A stretch of DNA of 64,000 nucleotides, from assembly GCF_000143415.4 (NCBI RefSeq), contig NW_003314283.1, forward strand, positions 670,822 through 734,821, read 5' to 3'. The notes beneath the pieces were generated by a model that did no database searches, was not told where the DNA came from, and saw nothing but the letters and a program-made list of their open reading frames with translations. This document shows, in pieces, positions 36,101 to 50,285 of this stretch. Made by a program: the position numbers and the translations under genes. Source of the stretch: Selaginella moellendorffii. Its lineage: Eukaryota; Plantae; Lycopodiophyta. How positions within the stretch are numbered: the stretch's first letter is position 1; each line of letters opens with the position of its first letter.

Positions 36101-39100
36101 GTCCGCAACGAGCCATTCATAGTTTGTACACATCTCAAAGAAAGAGAAAAGATTTCCCTGCGGAACTTATCAGACATGTTTTACAAAATAAAAAAGAAAA
36201 GAAAAAAGAAAAAAGAAAAAAGAAACAAAACGAAAACAGCGTATTACCTCGTTAGAGAAAGGATAAATCGACATTTCCCTTCCCGTTCCAAGCTGCCCTC
36301 CTCTAACCTCCAAATACATTGAAACAGGTATAGCCACTGTTATCTCAGTAAAGGCTTCACCAAGCAAATTCCCGTCGTTATCAAATGCTCTTGCTAAAAT
36401 AACCTGCAAAATGATAAGGTTTCATGAGAAATTCCGTGACTACTGACAAACCTCATTCCCAGCCGATTTTGCCGTGACCAGTCCTGAATTGCGATCCACA
36501 ACAGCAATTAAAGACTCCGAGCTGGAAAACTCAACAACTTTTCCAGTCCTTGGGCCTCCATGAACAACAAGCTGAAACAGTACAAAAATCAACATTTTTC
36601 TACATTTTAATAATCACTTACCATGAACTGTGCCCCAGGTGCCATTAGTAATGGCGATGGAATAACTTTCAGTGGAGCATACACCTCAGCCTTAACAACG
36701 GTACTATGTATTTCACGACCGGTAGCTTTTTGAGCAGTAACCTGTATTAGAATCTTGTCAGTCAAACGGTTTGCAATGGCGACAACATACGTGGAAACTG
36801 CTGAAACCAATGTCGGCACCCTGAATGTAAAAGGAATTTCCCGGTACTCGAGTTGACGTCTGGTTTACAAGGCTAATAATTTCGTCTTGAAGGTGGACAT
36901 GGATGTTAAAAAGCACAAACTGCAAATGAAATAAATTACGTTACAAATGAGGAAAACTTCACAGTAAAATACCTGTGATGGATCAAAGGTACGCCCAGTA
37001 CTATCCCCTACTTGCAGGTGAACCTCCAACATTGTTCCCAACTGCAACAAACTCCTTCAGTAAAAAGTAAACAAAAGTAACGCCTTTCACCTCCATGGTT
37101 ACAACGTCGGGTACAACTTTGATCCACGATATGTCAACTACGTGCACCTGGAAAGGGTTAATAAGTTTGAAGCGGATGCTGTAAAAGCTGAAAACATACC
37201 AAAGCATTTGCTGAAGCAGGACTAGCCAAACCAACGTCAAGTATAGAAACAACTGCAATTCCCATGGCTCTTGCAGCAACTACGAGGTGTGATACACGAG
37301 GTCCAGTCGGTGGATGAATAACGACGGCTATTCTAGAGTCATTAACGTGTGACTCAATATCGTTCGTGCCTCCGAGAACTTGCAAGGTCGCCTATCAGAC
37401 CAATTAGCCGTTTAAAAACCATACCACGAAAACTCACCTTGGCGTCTGGGTGGCCAAAAAGTAAAGTCTCCTTTGGCTCCAGCCTTAGTGCTGCAACGAG
37501 TTGTAATTGAGCAGCGTCATGCAAGAACGGCTTGGCTTGCTTTAGCAAACTAGCTGCCGCAACAACTGTTAACACTGGTAGTTTTGACTGTTTCAGATGT
37601 GTCAAAGTCGCTCTTACTGCACACTACAAACGGAATAGTGAATACGTGAATATGATTTCTTAAACTTGTATCTTACCAGTCCCACGGTATTTTGGAGGCC
37701 AAGGGTCCTCTCCCATCTGTCCGGAGGCATGTCGAGATCATCCCAGTATGCGAGAGCATCGCACTCGTCCAAATGCCAGGAAAGAGCCATTGACGATGTG
37801 TTCGCAAATGGCCTTCCAGAACTGTGAAGACCCAGTGCGGCAACTCGAATAGAGCGACTGTTTAATACCGTAACTGGCAGCAAACGCTTTCTTTCCTGAT
37901 CACGCTCCAACTGAACTACTGACTTGATAATATGCTGACTATTATCTGTGTCAACGCATGAAAGTCAGCTAAAGTGATCTACAACAGTTGGCATACCTGA
38001 CTCGTCAATAATGAGAACGATTGAGCTAGGAACGTCACAAACAACCAGTAAACTAGAACTGGCCACAACGTTCACTGGTCCTTCAAGATCTTGGTAGCCA
38101 CGACGAAATATGAGCGTCTAAATGCAGAAAAACAAATTAGTTTGCAAGCATCGTAATAACAAAAAAAGGTTCTTACGTAATTGCCGAAGTCGGAACAGCC
38201 AACGAAGAAGACTCGTCCGCCACCATCCGTTGAGCGAGTGACGAGAACTTCCTCTGACGCTTTCCCTCCGGCTTCGGAAGAAACGATTTCGTGGAACTCT
38301 AAAAATTGTGATTCCTGCCTCCAGCGTTCGGGGCCACCTACTAGCATGACCTTGATGCCACTCCCCACAACAAGTAGCAGCTCCTTCAAATTGTGACATG
38401 TACTTTGACCGGAAGTGTCGCTACAGCTGTATCCACCGCAAGAATTTCCATCCGAGACCTGTTGTAGAGCTAGAGGAGCGTACGAAGCTATCGCCCAAGA
38501 CGTTTCCAAAGCGGCTGCTGCCTCGACAGTTGAAACTTTCAAGGATCCCGTGACGGTTGCCCTGCCTGGTCGCAATGGCAAGATTGCGTTCCATGCACAT
38601 ACAACTTGAGAGGAGCTTTCTTCCGGCCTTAAATAAGATGAGATGTCCGATAATGTAAATGGACCCGATGAATCCACAAACTTGAAGTTGCCGTCCACAC
38701 CGAAAAGGTCCCATTGCACAAAACTATTATAGACGTCACATCTGGAGTAAGCGTGACCTGTTTGGCGAGGTTAATGTTTAATGACAAAGAAAAAGGAGAA
38801 GCTTACCAGCCGGCGTTGTCAAGCTCACGGCGACTGGAAGAATGGTGTTTATCTCGACTTCAACAGGAAGACCATGAACAACAGTGATGGATGATGGAAC
38901 AGACACCTCCACGTGGATCTGAAAAAGATAAGAGCAGTTGTAGGTTCTTATCAGTAACCAGGACCACTATTACCTCATCAACGTTTAGCAAGTCTTTTGC
39001 CGACGACGCGCGAATTACTGTTTTCCCGGGTCCTTTGCTCAAAATTTTTCCAAGTGCATTCACAGTTGCGACGCTTGGATTCGTTGAGGACCATACGTAA

Positions 39101-41054
39101 TCGCTAGATATATCTCCGCAGCCTAGAAGAGGAGAAAAATAAAGCCAAAAGCAATCAGTTAGCAGATATAAGTTACCAAATTTTTCTAAAACTGAACCTC
39201 CTTCAGCTTTTAACTGGTACTCCTGCGAAGATCCTGGGCTCCAAGGAAGAAATACAGCGCGGACACTTGTTGCACGCTCCAGAGCTATTAAAACAGGGGG
39301 GCACACAACAACTGCTTGCTCAAGCTTTAGCAACTGCATCAAATTGCACGATTGAGCCAAGAAAAGTAATACAACAATACAAAGCACCTTCACATCAGAA
39401 TCAACGTTGTAGACAAGTTTAGCCACTATAGTTCCAGCGCCCTCAGTATTAGCTTTCAGCAACGTCGCATTTTGCCATCCATGTTCGGATGAAACATCTT
39501 CGGGAACTTCAACAGCTTCCCAGTACGGCAGGTACGTGAAAAGAAGTCTCAAATCGTTACTCTGTCGCATACAAAAGTTAGCAAATAAACAATAACGAAG
39601 AAGGAAAAGACCTGCGTCAGGTAAAGAGCGCGAGCGGAGTCGAGAGCAAACGCCCGAACATTAACCACGTACTCCCTGCCAGACACGATGTACCAAGTTT
39701 CCCCTGATACCCTGCCTTCTACATCCAGCTTGCGAGAATGCGCTTCCTTTTTGTAAAGGGGTAGGAGGTGAAGTTCTAGTCTTGTGGGAATGACAACATG
39801 CACAGTAGCCATTTGTTGATGCCCTTTCACTCTGACGTCTTCCACGATAACATTCGTTACGCCCACAACTTTTGCAGCAATAAGAGCGCTGTGTTGGTCA
39901 ACCGAAGCGACAGCCTCGTTTGTAACAGACCACTTGTGATATACAGAAGGCAATGGAATCTCTGCATGGTCGCACAAACACGTGAGTTCAAACAGAAGTC
40001 CGTGAAAACAGAGAAACATGTATACCTGATAAGACGTTTTTACGCATAGCCTTCAACTTGAACCGAAAGCTCGTTCCCGGAATAATATACAGAGGAGAGT
40101 GCGGCTCCAGAGAGATCGCCTCGGCAACAGTCAAGACCAATGTATCATCCAGCTCTTCCATTCTCGGTTCCACTAGCCTGGCTTTTACTCTCTCCTGTCC
40201 AGTACTCACTCCTCGGACAACGTATAAATCAGATCCAAACCCCTGAAGCACAGGCACACACAGAAAGATGAATTCTTTTCAGCGAATCGAATGGATGTCT
40301 ACCTGGTCCTCCAACTCTATTTGAGTACCAAGGTCTCCGCACATACAGCCGCAGTCGCTCAAAGGACTGTCTTTGAGAGGAACGTGTAGTAATTTTTGAG
40401 GAAGCGTTTCACCAGCAGGATCAAACGAAGATAGCTGCCACGCGAATTTCAATCCCACCAGCGATGAAAACACATTCTCTGGAAAGAAGACAGGAACCGC
40501 TCAATCGATCACAAACTAAAACACCAATCGTTTACCTTCGGCATCGAAAGCACGAATGCGCAGCGTCGCCCATCCATCGAGATCGAGTTTCACGGAGTGA
40601 TGAAATATTTGTATCCGAGAGATCTTATCGATGAAGACCTCGCAGCGCAGAATTTCCCCCGTGACAGTGTCGGTGGCATGGACCGCCGTCGCTTGCCTCT
40701 CCTCGAATGGAGAAAGCGGCGTGATCAAAGCGCTGGTCGAGCAATCGCTGGACGTGCCGTTGTACTCTGGAACAAGCGAGATAATGTCGTGATGATCCCA
40801 AGTCCTGTCCGAAGAACACGATCGATCAATCCAAATATCTCTACTGTTCCACAAGAATGCCGCTCAGCTCACCAAACGAAGCAGCCATCGGTTCCCTGGA
40901 GCCGATAGCGCACTGGAGTCGTCGTCCTCGGCGGAAGAAGAACATTGAGATTGCTGATGTGAGGCCTTCCTCCACGCGCGGGCAGCAATCCCAAGAACAA
41001 GAACAGAATCGCCGACGCTAGCAGCAGTGTATTCCTGATCCCGGCATTCGCCAT
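33194..41054 (-). CDS. GP210: Nuclear pore membrane glycoprotein GP210 (many short introns)
   Basis: Signal peptide then PHISNLNVLLPP..YRLQGTDGCF, FSSLVGLKFAW, Ig-like repeats, C-terminal TM and RTPPQPYTEYVSRTIEQTPYY. Confidence 0.93.
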
Positions 41055-41484
41055 GATCTCGACCGCGCTGTCACGCGGGCACCATTTCTTCTCCAACACC
41101 TACCTAAAACCCTAAGCCCTAATCCGCCATAGCCAGAGGAAGATTCTCAAAAGCTTAAAGAATCTTTTCAAATCCAAAACATTCGCGCTTCTTTTTTATT
41201 ACCACACACAACCCCATTCCGCAAAAACAAATGTTTTATGATACTATACAAAGAATTGCGCCTCCTCCTTACCATAGCTTTTCCATTCTTTCTACAAGCT
41301 CCAATTTTTTCTTCTTCTTTCTTCTTCCTTCTTCCTCTCCTTGCTTGCACCAATTCGACAATCACGAAAAGATTGATCTCTATATATGATCGAGCCTTGA
41401 ATGACCACGCCACCAATAAAACTTCACTACCTTCTATGTGAAGAGCGCTCTGGAACGAGAAAAAACCCAGAAGAATCGTTAGAA

Positions 41485-42632
41485 CTATGGCAAAGAAATC
41501 TCGAAAACTCGTACAAACCTCTCCCAATCGGTCTCAATTGCTGTGGTAGCCGGTTTTGGAGGTGTGGAGATGAAATTCCCTGCCGATGTTTCAAAGGTTT
41601 CCCACTGGGTCGTGACAACAATGGCGGCCGCGTTGCTGCTACTGGACGAGTTTTTCGCGGGGCTTTGCTCCTTGGCTGCAACACTTGGAGGAGACGAGTT
41701 CTTCATTTTCAACGCGTCGAGGGCTTCCACAAATTTTTGGACTCTCCTGACCTTCGAGACAAAGAAACAAGCAGAGAAGTCAAGCACTCGCATCAGGAAT
41801 CCAGATCCAAGGTTTTACCTGAATCCTTCTTTGGGCTTTAGCGTCACCAAAAGCTTCGATCCCATCCAGCTTCAGCAGCAGCATCATCAGGGCCTCGGTT
41901 AGCGAGTCGAATTCCGACTCGGGGACCTCGACTCGTCTGTGAACATCGTTCTCTACCGTCAAAACCTGCAAATCCGAGAGAGAAGAAACACATAAGCCGG
42001 AGAGAAACGCTAAGCAAAGAAAACAAGAAAAGAGAGGAGTAGTACCCTTTCAGCAAGCTTATCGACCTCAGACTTAATGGCCGACACAGCTTTGGAGGTC
42101 CTCAAGATTCGTTCGTTGTGTCGGGACTCCTCTTGCTTCCTCTCGCGACTCTCGGGATCCTCGATGAGCACTACTTTCGCCTTGTCCTTCACTCCAACTA
42201 GATGCAAGTAATCGCCACTGTCCTTCTCCTTCCCTCTGTAAAGGATCCTTTGCTCCCGGGCTTGCAACCCAGTCGGCTGGACGAGCAATTTCTTCAAATC
42301 ACCTGAAACACCACCACGAATCTATCAGCAATTGAGCTGGGCGACACCACACAGATCTAAGAACACCCACAAAGCAAAGAAAGAAAAAACCAAACCAAGA
42401 ACAAGAACTTACCAAAAGTCGCGTATGGAGAGATCGTGACCTCGTGATACACTGCCCCATGAGAAACCTTGACACGAATCGTCGCCCCGGACATGCTCTG
42501 CTCGGCGGTCTCGTCCCTCTTCTGGACCAGCATTCCACCCGGCCGCATCTCCCAATCGATCTTCTCGGCTGGAGCTCCCGGCCGCGCCATCGCCCGCATT
42601 TCAGCATACCCTTTCTTCTTGGATTCCCTCAT
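41485..42632 (-). CDS. BAG-family co-chaperone (ubiquitin-like + BAG domain, BAG1-4 type)
   Basis: WEMRPGGMLVQKR, YRGKEKDSGDYLHLVGVKDKAK, LMMLLLKLDGIEA, RRVQKFVEALD, VTTQWETF. Exact 3' end uncertain. Confidence 0.92.
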
Positions 42633-44361
42633 CTACGCTGTATGCTGCTCTCCTAGATCTGGCGCCAAGAAATCTGCTGCTGGCTCCAGCGCCCCAGTGA
42701 CGCTCTCATCCAGCCCGGAATTGGAGCCACATTTCGGAGCTCCGCGATGGAATCCGTCGCTCCCCCTGCTTTACACTCGTCGCTCGCGACCAAACCCTAG
42801 CGGGCAAACGGGGCCCAGTGGGAGATCCGTCGCTTTCACTCGCAATAAAGCTCACCAGCAACGGCGACTGCTCGCGGACATCGCCGCGATCGCCACTGCG
42901 ACTCTCTCTCACTCCGCCATAGCCGAGCTCGCCAAGAACCCTAGCGCCATAGCCGCCACAGCTGCCCGCCATTTCTCTCTATATCCCTAATTACTCCACT
43001 CCCTGCCATAGCCGGGACAGGGAGCCACATCGCAGCCGTCCGTTTGAAAATCCAACGGCTCACATGAGTGCCACCTGGACGAAGATCCAACTGCAGCAAT
43101 CCGACAGGGCGGGGTAATTCTCCACGTGCACCGTAAATGTCGGTGCGTGGGATACATCTCAACCGTCCAGGCGAGCAATTATTCGACGGTCGAGATCGCC
43201 ACGAAATATTTCCATTGTCCGTTCTATACAAACCAAATCATATGACCAATCGTTCAATCAAACCTCCACGAAAAAATTTTCCATGCGTGTTTTTAGACAT
43301 TCTCAAGGTTCTGGGTTTCTAATTTCTCGCAAGACATCACTTCTTTCTTCCACGAGTCTCTTTCTCTTTCCACCATTTTTTTAAGCGTCTCGTGACCCGA
43401 AAGCCTGGGCTCTAGAGAGCCAAAAAAAAAAGCAAAAAGAACTCGCGATTGGTGGCTACAAGCCCAAAGCAAGACAAGTGAATGAATGCTGGAAATCTCT
43501 TACGTGGTAAAAGTCACCAGGCCAGCGCGAGCGATCGATCGATCAAAGCATCACCGATCTTTGTCTCCCGACTCTGACTCGTCTACGAACACAGCGTACA
43601 GAGCCACTGCAGCCTTTACCAAGAATCATAAACCTGGGAACTGTAAAAAACTGTAGAGAAGTGACGTCCACGAACAAAGAAATAATATGCAAAGGCTCTA
43701 CCTTGGAAGTCGAGGAAGTAAAAACTCCACGTACACTACAGTCGCGTCCCGGGATCGTAAAATCTCCTATCACGAAGAAAAAAACAAAGCTTTGCTGCCA
43801 TGGCCGACGTGTGACTCAAGGATAGCAAGCACCGACACTTGGCGTAGATCCAACGAATCTTTTCTGTTCCTTTGGCGAGCTCCTCCTTCCTGGTGGGTGA
43901 AACATCACACACAAAACGCATACCCAGTAAGAGCTTCACGAAGGAAAGAAGAAGACCCACCAAAAAGGCTTGCATTCTTTTCTCTGTTTGTGATTGATCG
44001 ATGGAACTCTCCATCAGCAAAATTTGGAGTCTCTGCGAAGATTCTCAATCCTTCTTCTTCTTCTATTTTGCTTTGGCGTAATGCTAGCTTTACTGTTGTT
44101 TGCATCAGCGTCGGCCTGGTGGGGGCATCGGTCGATGGCATGTCTCTCGCCTTTTGACAATCTGTACCACAAAAAAAAAAAAGCAAGCCTCTAGTGAGTG
44201 TTCTTCGAATTAAGAAAGACTACCAACTTAAGAAGCCCACGCAATCAAAAAAGAAAAACAAAGAAAAAAAAACGAGAAGTGGCATGTTTCAGTGCTGCCA
44301 TGTTTACCGTACCAAGTGTGCTGCCAGAGAGCAAAAACTAAAAGTGGCTGCGACCATGTCG

Positions 44362-45690
44362 CTAGTGAGCATCTTCGTCAAGCCCCGGACACGAGCCCTC
44401 CATTTCCTCTGCGGAATCATACTGCAATAACGTGCAACTTGTGATGTTAGCATCCGACATAATCTTTCGTTTCTGTCCTTTAAGAAAATTAATTCTAAAA
44501 CAATTCCTGACTGATCCACGTCTAAGCATTACCTTGCATCCACAGTAGACGCAATAGAAAAATCGCCTCCGCAAGTCCTCTACAATTCTCATCAAGTCCT
44601 GCCGAGCACACAAACAAGTTAAGCACGATCTCCACAAAAAAGAAACCAAGCCAAGAAAACGAAAAGAAAGCGAGCACTAAGTACCTCTTCTGTCACCACA
44701 ACCTCGTCTTCCTCCTCCTCTTTGTCGTCGTCTCCATTGTCATCTTCTCTCTTGACTTCTCCTCGCGAAATTCCAGCAAGCTCCTCGAGTTGAGCCAGTG
44801 CCGAGGCCGCCTTTTTGTAGTCACGACTTATCTTTCCAGCCTGCCAAGAACTCCTTTGGCGATCCTGGAAATCTCTGCGACTCACGTCATCGATCTTCCT
44901 TTTCAAGTCCCGCTGGATCTCTTGTTGCTTCGCTGCTCTCGCTTTGAATCGTCGCTCCCTCTCGTCAACCCCGAGTCCCGTCCGGGAGTGTTTGACATCA
45001 ACCTTGAGTGGCTCCAGAGCTCCTTGTCCGTGCTTGCCGAGAGCTCCACCGGGCTTGTATCCCATCTGCTGGAGGAGCTTAAAACCGATGTTGGAGGATG
45101 GTATCGCCGTGTTTAATCCCTCCGTGAGCTGGGCTTGCTCGGACTTTTTCGCTCGCTCGCGGGACTCTTTACGTTTGTCTTTCCAGTGCAGCTTTCCCTT
45201 GCTTTCCTTCGTCTGGCTGCTTGCCTGAGAAGTAAAACAAAACTCTAAAGTTTAGTGTCATGGTTGGCACGCCACGCAACGAGGAACATCGACAAGGTAG
45301 CAAAATCCAACCACAAGCAAGAAGAATTTTTTAAAAAAGCTGCGTTGCAGCCACCAGAAAACAAGCGAGGAATTACAAAGTGGAGAAACAACAAAACCAG
45401 GATCGAAAGGAGACCGTAGCCCAAATGAACAAACAAAACATCGAAGCCAGCATAAACAACCAAAGAAAAACGAACAAAATCTCTCACAGTTTGCTAGCAT
45501 GCTTTCACAAAAGGAGAATGCATTAGGCTAAGGAAGAACGCACAGAACAACTCAAGAAAATCGCTAGCACAGGCAAATATCTACTCACCGCTGGGATTGG
45601 CGCCTTCTTCTTCCCATCCTGGAGGTGCTTTGGATCCAAGAAGCAGCCCAGATCTGCCATGTAGTCATCGTCCTCTCCTCCTCCCTCCAT
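44362..45690 (-). CDS. GPATCH11: G-patch domain protein 11-like (CCDC75, DUF4187)
   Basis: N-terminal EDDYMADL, G-patch NIGFKLLQQMGYKPGGALGK...TGLG, C-terminal FFYCVYCGCKYDSAEEMEGSCPGLDEDAH*. Confidence 0.9.
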
Positions 45691-45857
45691 TTTTCCAAAA
45701 CCCTAAACTCACAATGCTGAGGATATTCGCCCTTTACTCGATTTATAGGTTTCTCTACTAAATTTTAGTATGATTTACCTTTGACTGCTGGACAGGAGTC
45801 CACTGTATCGAAAACGAGCTTTGGTCTGACAATTGGATTGATTTTGTAATTTCTAAA

Positions 45858-46711
45858 CTATAGAACTACTAAGATTATGAGACCAATCCACCAAACATGC
45901 TCCATCAAGCTCATTGTTCCCTCCAAATCCTCCTCCCGGGGATTCTCCAACTGTTGAATCCTTTCGTTAATCCTCAGAATCTTCTCCTCTATCTCCAGCC
46001 TCTCAATCTCGATATTGCATATTTGAATCTCCTCTCTCAATCGATCTTTCAGCGTATTGTCCTCTCCGAGTGAGGGAATTAAGAATTTGAGACCCGTCTG
46101 AGGCTCAAGATCATGAAAACTACGCTTTGCAAACATGGCCATTACCTTTAATTGTAAACCCTTACCCTAATCAGGTAGTAGTGCTCCATGCCCTTCGAGA
46201 TCCGGATCACGATGACACCACAGCTCTGTGCCAAAGTTCCTCTCCACTTGGTTGAGTCTTGTCAGGATCTTTTGGATCCTTGCAAGTGAGAATCTTGTTG
46301 CATACTTTTCTCGTGCTGATATGCTGCTAGTATATAATATTTCCAGCCTTAGTAATATAAGATTCGCAATTCAGCACACATTAAACGGACTTCCTACCAC
46401 ATGGACGGTTTATTATACTTAGATCAAACCAAATGATTTTCTGTGATGGCAAATGGATGATCACCGCATTTGGATCCGAATGGCACGATGAGGGTGACTT
46501 CTGGAAGTAGAAACCAGGTCGCATGGAATGGTTCACGACTGCTGGTTCGTGTGACATACGACCAGCGAAGGTTTCTAGATGCAACACAAGGGTACCTTGC
46601 GTACTCCACCAGATCTTTGTTCCCAGTTTCCTCTCCCAGCTTCATCAGCTTCTTTTGGAGTTGCAAGATCTCACCTTCGGTCTCCTGGATCATTTCACAT
46701 GCTTTGTCCAC
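45858..46711 (-). other. Two or three short orphan ORFs (coiled-coil-like; one with a C-terminal hydrophobic tail)
   Basis: ATG-initiated ORFs 45858-46142 and 46424-46711 with protein-like E/K/L/I heptads; no family recognised. Confidence 0.35.
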
Positions 46712-46759
46712 GGTCCCCTGAAAGCTTGCATTATCGTGACAAAAGATGACACAGAGATA

Positions 46760-47700
46760 GCTGTAGTGCTTGTCTCTCTGGTCGTTTATTTAGGAAGGAA
46801 AGGAGATCATTGACAAGGACGGTGTGATCAATCACTGCTTTGACAAAGGCTACAAAGTCTGGGGATTCAACCACACTCTTGAGATCCAGGCAAAACTCAC
46901 ATATAATGCCTCCAACTGCTTCCGGAGCAGCTGGTGTTTAGTGAGGCTTGGAATGGATTTGGCAAATCGCAAAGAGGAGTCCTCCACCAAAGCATCCAGA
47001 TAGTTTCTCAAGCAAATCATGTAGCGAGCAAACAGTGGGGGATCCATGAGACTTTGAATGCTCAACATCACGTCCTCAAACATGGCATATCTAGGATTCT
47101 TTTGCTTCTCTTTTTCACTCAAGACATAGCTTCCCTCAACAATTTCAAGCAGAATATAAGCAGCCTTTGTGGAGTTTACATCAAAGCGTAAATGGAGTCT
47201 TTTTGTTCTAGATGAAATTTCTGAGACTGGTCAGCGAGCAAGAGGGGAAAAGGCTGTTATTGCTCCCTTCTCATTGGGCTGTACTGATACTTAACCTTTT
47301 AATAGCCCATGCATCAGTAACTTTGGATATCCTAGTAAAATCAGGATGGCATTCAAAGGGAATGATACAAAGGCAAATCAAACTTTGGATAATCTTTCAG
47401 CTAGAACATCTTCTATCTCTCAACTGTTACATCCCAAAGGTGCTTATGTAATGGGACAGTTCAACTTTCATCAAACTTTATACTTGTGTGACCTTGGACA
47501 AGTAAAAGATGTTTTCCATATTCTTTATAGATGCCCACAATATCAGCAAGATAAAGAGATCATCCGGCTTTGCTGAGTGATTCATAAATCTTGGACAAGT
47601 CTTTCATATTCTTTATAGATGCCCACAATATCAGCAAGATAAAGTGGACCATACGGCTTTGTTGAGTGATCAAGATTCTTTCAAGAGCCTTCAAGAGGTT
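46760..47700 (+). mobile_element. Decayed 3' part of a LINE ORF2
   Basis: GYKVWGF (cf. YGCEVWG) at ~46850 and CDLGQVKDVFHILYRCPQY (CCHC knuckle) at ~47487-47545; ~90-bp tandem duplication of that segment at 47590-47670. Confidence 0.65.
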
Positions 47701-48315
47701 GCATGGTTAATAGAATGGAGAGGATGAACATTAGAGGGAAACTGAGTGCTCAAGATTTGTTCTTGCTTTGCATTCATATAAAGGTAAAACAAAATTATAA
47801 ACCTGAGAAAAAGACTTCGCTCTAAAACATTTAAATTTATTATATAATAATCCTTAAACCATAAACATGTTTAAAAGTTACATTTTATTATAAATGAATG
47901 CATCATATTTTCTATCTCATAGGGTATCTTCTCCATGTTGATTATTTTTAAATTGTTATTGGAGGAGCTCAGGGCAGTGAGGGAAAGTATATCAGTAATT
48001 ACAATCTACTCAAAGTGGTCTTATGTCTCCAAAGTCAAAACATGTATTATTGTTGACTTTCAAAGTTTCAACGATGGGGAGCTTTCAAAAAACAAAAAAC
48101 CTGCTTTTCTAAAAGAAATTAAATTTAGCAAAGACTTGATATTTAGTTGGTGTTTCAGAAATATAGATCATAAACATGTTAGTATCATATGATCTTGGCA
48201 CTCTTGCTTAAATGGCTCAAATTTTCGGAGAGAACGTTCTTGGTTTCATGATTCTTCTTGATTAGTTACTACTGGTTTCTATACATATTTGTACAGCACC
48301 TGTGAGCTCTCCTCT

Positions 48316-50285
48316 TCATTCGATGTAAAGCGTGAGCTGCGCCAGTCTGATATCGTTGTGAAGAAGCCTCGCAAAGAATCCCGTTTCTTCTGGATTGGCC
48401 ACCCATCTATCCCATCCCAGTGTCAGAAATGACGAATGAAGAAGATTTCTTTATACTTACAGGACCGCGCATCTGGATCGAGCTGCCGAGTCGTTTCCAC
48501 TGACTGTAAATCGGTCCCCAACGTGGAGTGTCTCGTAAGGCTTCTTTCCAAGGTACTTCATCAAAGCTCCAAGCCCGATCGACTTGTTTCCTATATGATC
48601 AAAGACATCGAAGTTAAAACGGAAATCAGGGAATAGCAAGAATGTGAAAACTTACCAACATCCACAAAGACATCTGCATTCGGCAAAAAACAAGAAACGA
48701 GGAAACGTTTAGAGCACAGGAAAAAACTGTCAAAAAACTTTACATACCACTGCCTCCGTTAAAAGCACAAAACGGTAGCTTGGACTCCACCAGATGGACT
48801 TGAACAGTCAAAGCCATCTCCTCCAGAACCTGAGAAAACAGGAGTGAATCAGCAACAACAAAAAGCTTTGCCTACCTCGTAAATCGTCGAGACTTTGGGG
48901 ATGACTCCGACGGCCCTTGGCTTCCGCACAAAATGAACTGGCAAATTCAAGCGTGCGGAGGCCGACTGGAGAGCGCCTTGGGCTTCATCAAGGAGTTCTT
49001 CGATTCCCTCTTCCGACCACTCTAGCATATCTTTCGACTTCCACATGTCGTCTGGGACAAACTCGAGCCGGTACTTGTTGTTCACCCGGAGGAGATAGTT
49101 GCATTCTCCTCCCATGACGTGAAAGTACCTGGTGACTCTGGAAGCAAGCTCAAGCTCTTCGAAGGCTGAAAGCAGTCCAGAAAATCGGTCCTCGAATTTT
49201 GTAGGATCTCCCGGATAGCCTGCACGCACAACGTAGTAAATACAAGTTCTTTTTATCGAAAGAACTTCACCATACCAGCTGCTGTGAGAATCGCAACGTG
49301 AATACCACGTTGCATTAGCTTGATAATGTGCGCGATCATCTTGTTATCGCGCTCGATGTGGTGACCATCGGAGTAAATGGTACCATCGGCATCAAAAGTT
49401 ACCAGTGCCAGTTTTTCAGCAATAGCATGAACCTGTGGAAACGAAAGTTTAACGCAGGGAAGAAAGAAGAAAGAGTTTCTTTGCCGACCTGTGCGATGTT
49501 TATGACATGACGAATCTCTGCAAAGTTTGGAGGCACGTATCTTCTCCTCGAGAGAGACGCAAATTCATCGTACTCATGGAAAGCTCGGACGAGAGGCAAA
49601 GGTGTGTAGAACCTCCCGACGGAAGGAATCAATCTGCTCAGCGTGCTACGCATGGGATCTTCGCTGTGTTCTTTGATCCATCTCTCCATTTTCTCCATCA
49701 CCTACACCACGCAAAGAAAAAAAAAAAACAATCGAAAGAGAAAAAATCAATGGTGTGGTCCATCGAAAGAAATATCTTCTCGCCAGAGTACCTGGATGGG
49801 AGAATGCGTGGAATGGAGCGAGATGATAAACTCGATGAGCCCATCTTGCTCCTTCATCGACCTTTGCGCCGCAAGACGTGAGCATCGGTGACGCTGCTAG
49901 CTCGCGAGACGTGAGCGTCCTCCAGCACCTCCCTACTGAGCAGCATGCTCCATCGCATCTTGTGCTCGGACGATCTCACCTCTGGATCCCCGCCCTCGCC
50001 TTGTTCTTGCGATATTTCGACCCCATTCCCTGCTGGCGCCGGCTCCTCCGCCCGGATTTTCTCCAGCCGCTGCTTCAGATCCACGCCGCCGGAGCTCTCC
50101 ACGCCCACGGCATTTGAGATCGAGCACACCGAGCAGCGCTGCCGCCGCCGCTTCCTCGCCAAGAAGATCTGGAAACACTGCGATTTGAGGCCGATTCTGG
50201 GGATACATTTGCCGGTGAATGCTGTGTGGAGTGTATCGACGCCGCGCCCGCCGCCGGGAGAGGCCTGGATCACAGCGAGCGCCAT
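48316..50285 (-). pseudogene. ISN1: IMP-specific 5'-nucleotidase (ISN1 family), full length but with a 1-bp deletion at ~49857
   Basis: GRFYTPLPL, SRRRYVPPNFAEIRH, HAD motif TFDADGT, MGGECNYL, LHVGDRF..GND, WVANPEET. CGA-TGA here versus CGA-TTG-AAG in the paralog. Confidence 0.8.

Noticed and set aside
46850-47122. 90-aa minus-strand ORF
   Set aside because: Antisense to LINE ORF2-like motifs and lacks an ATG start.
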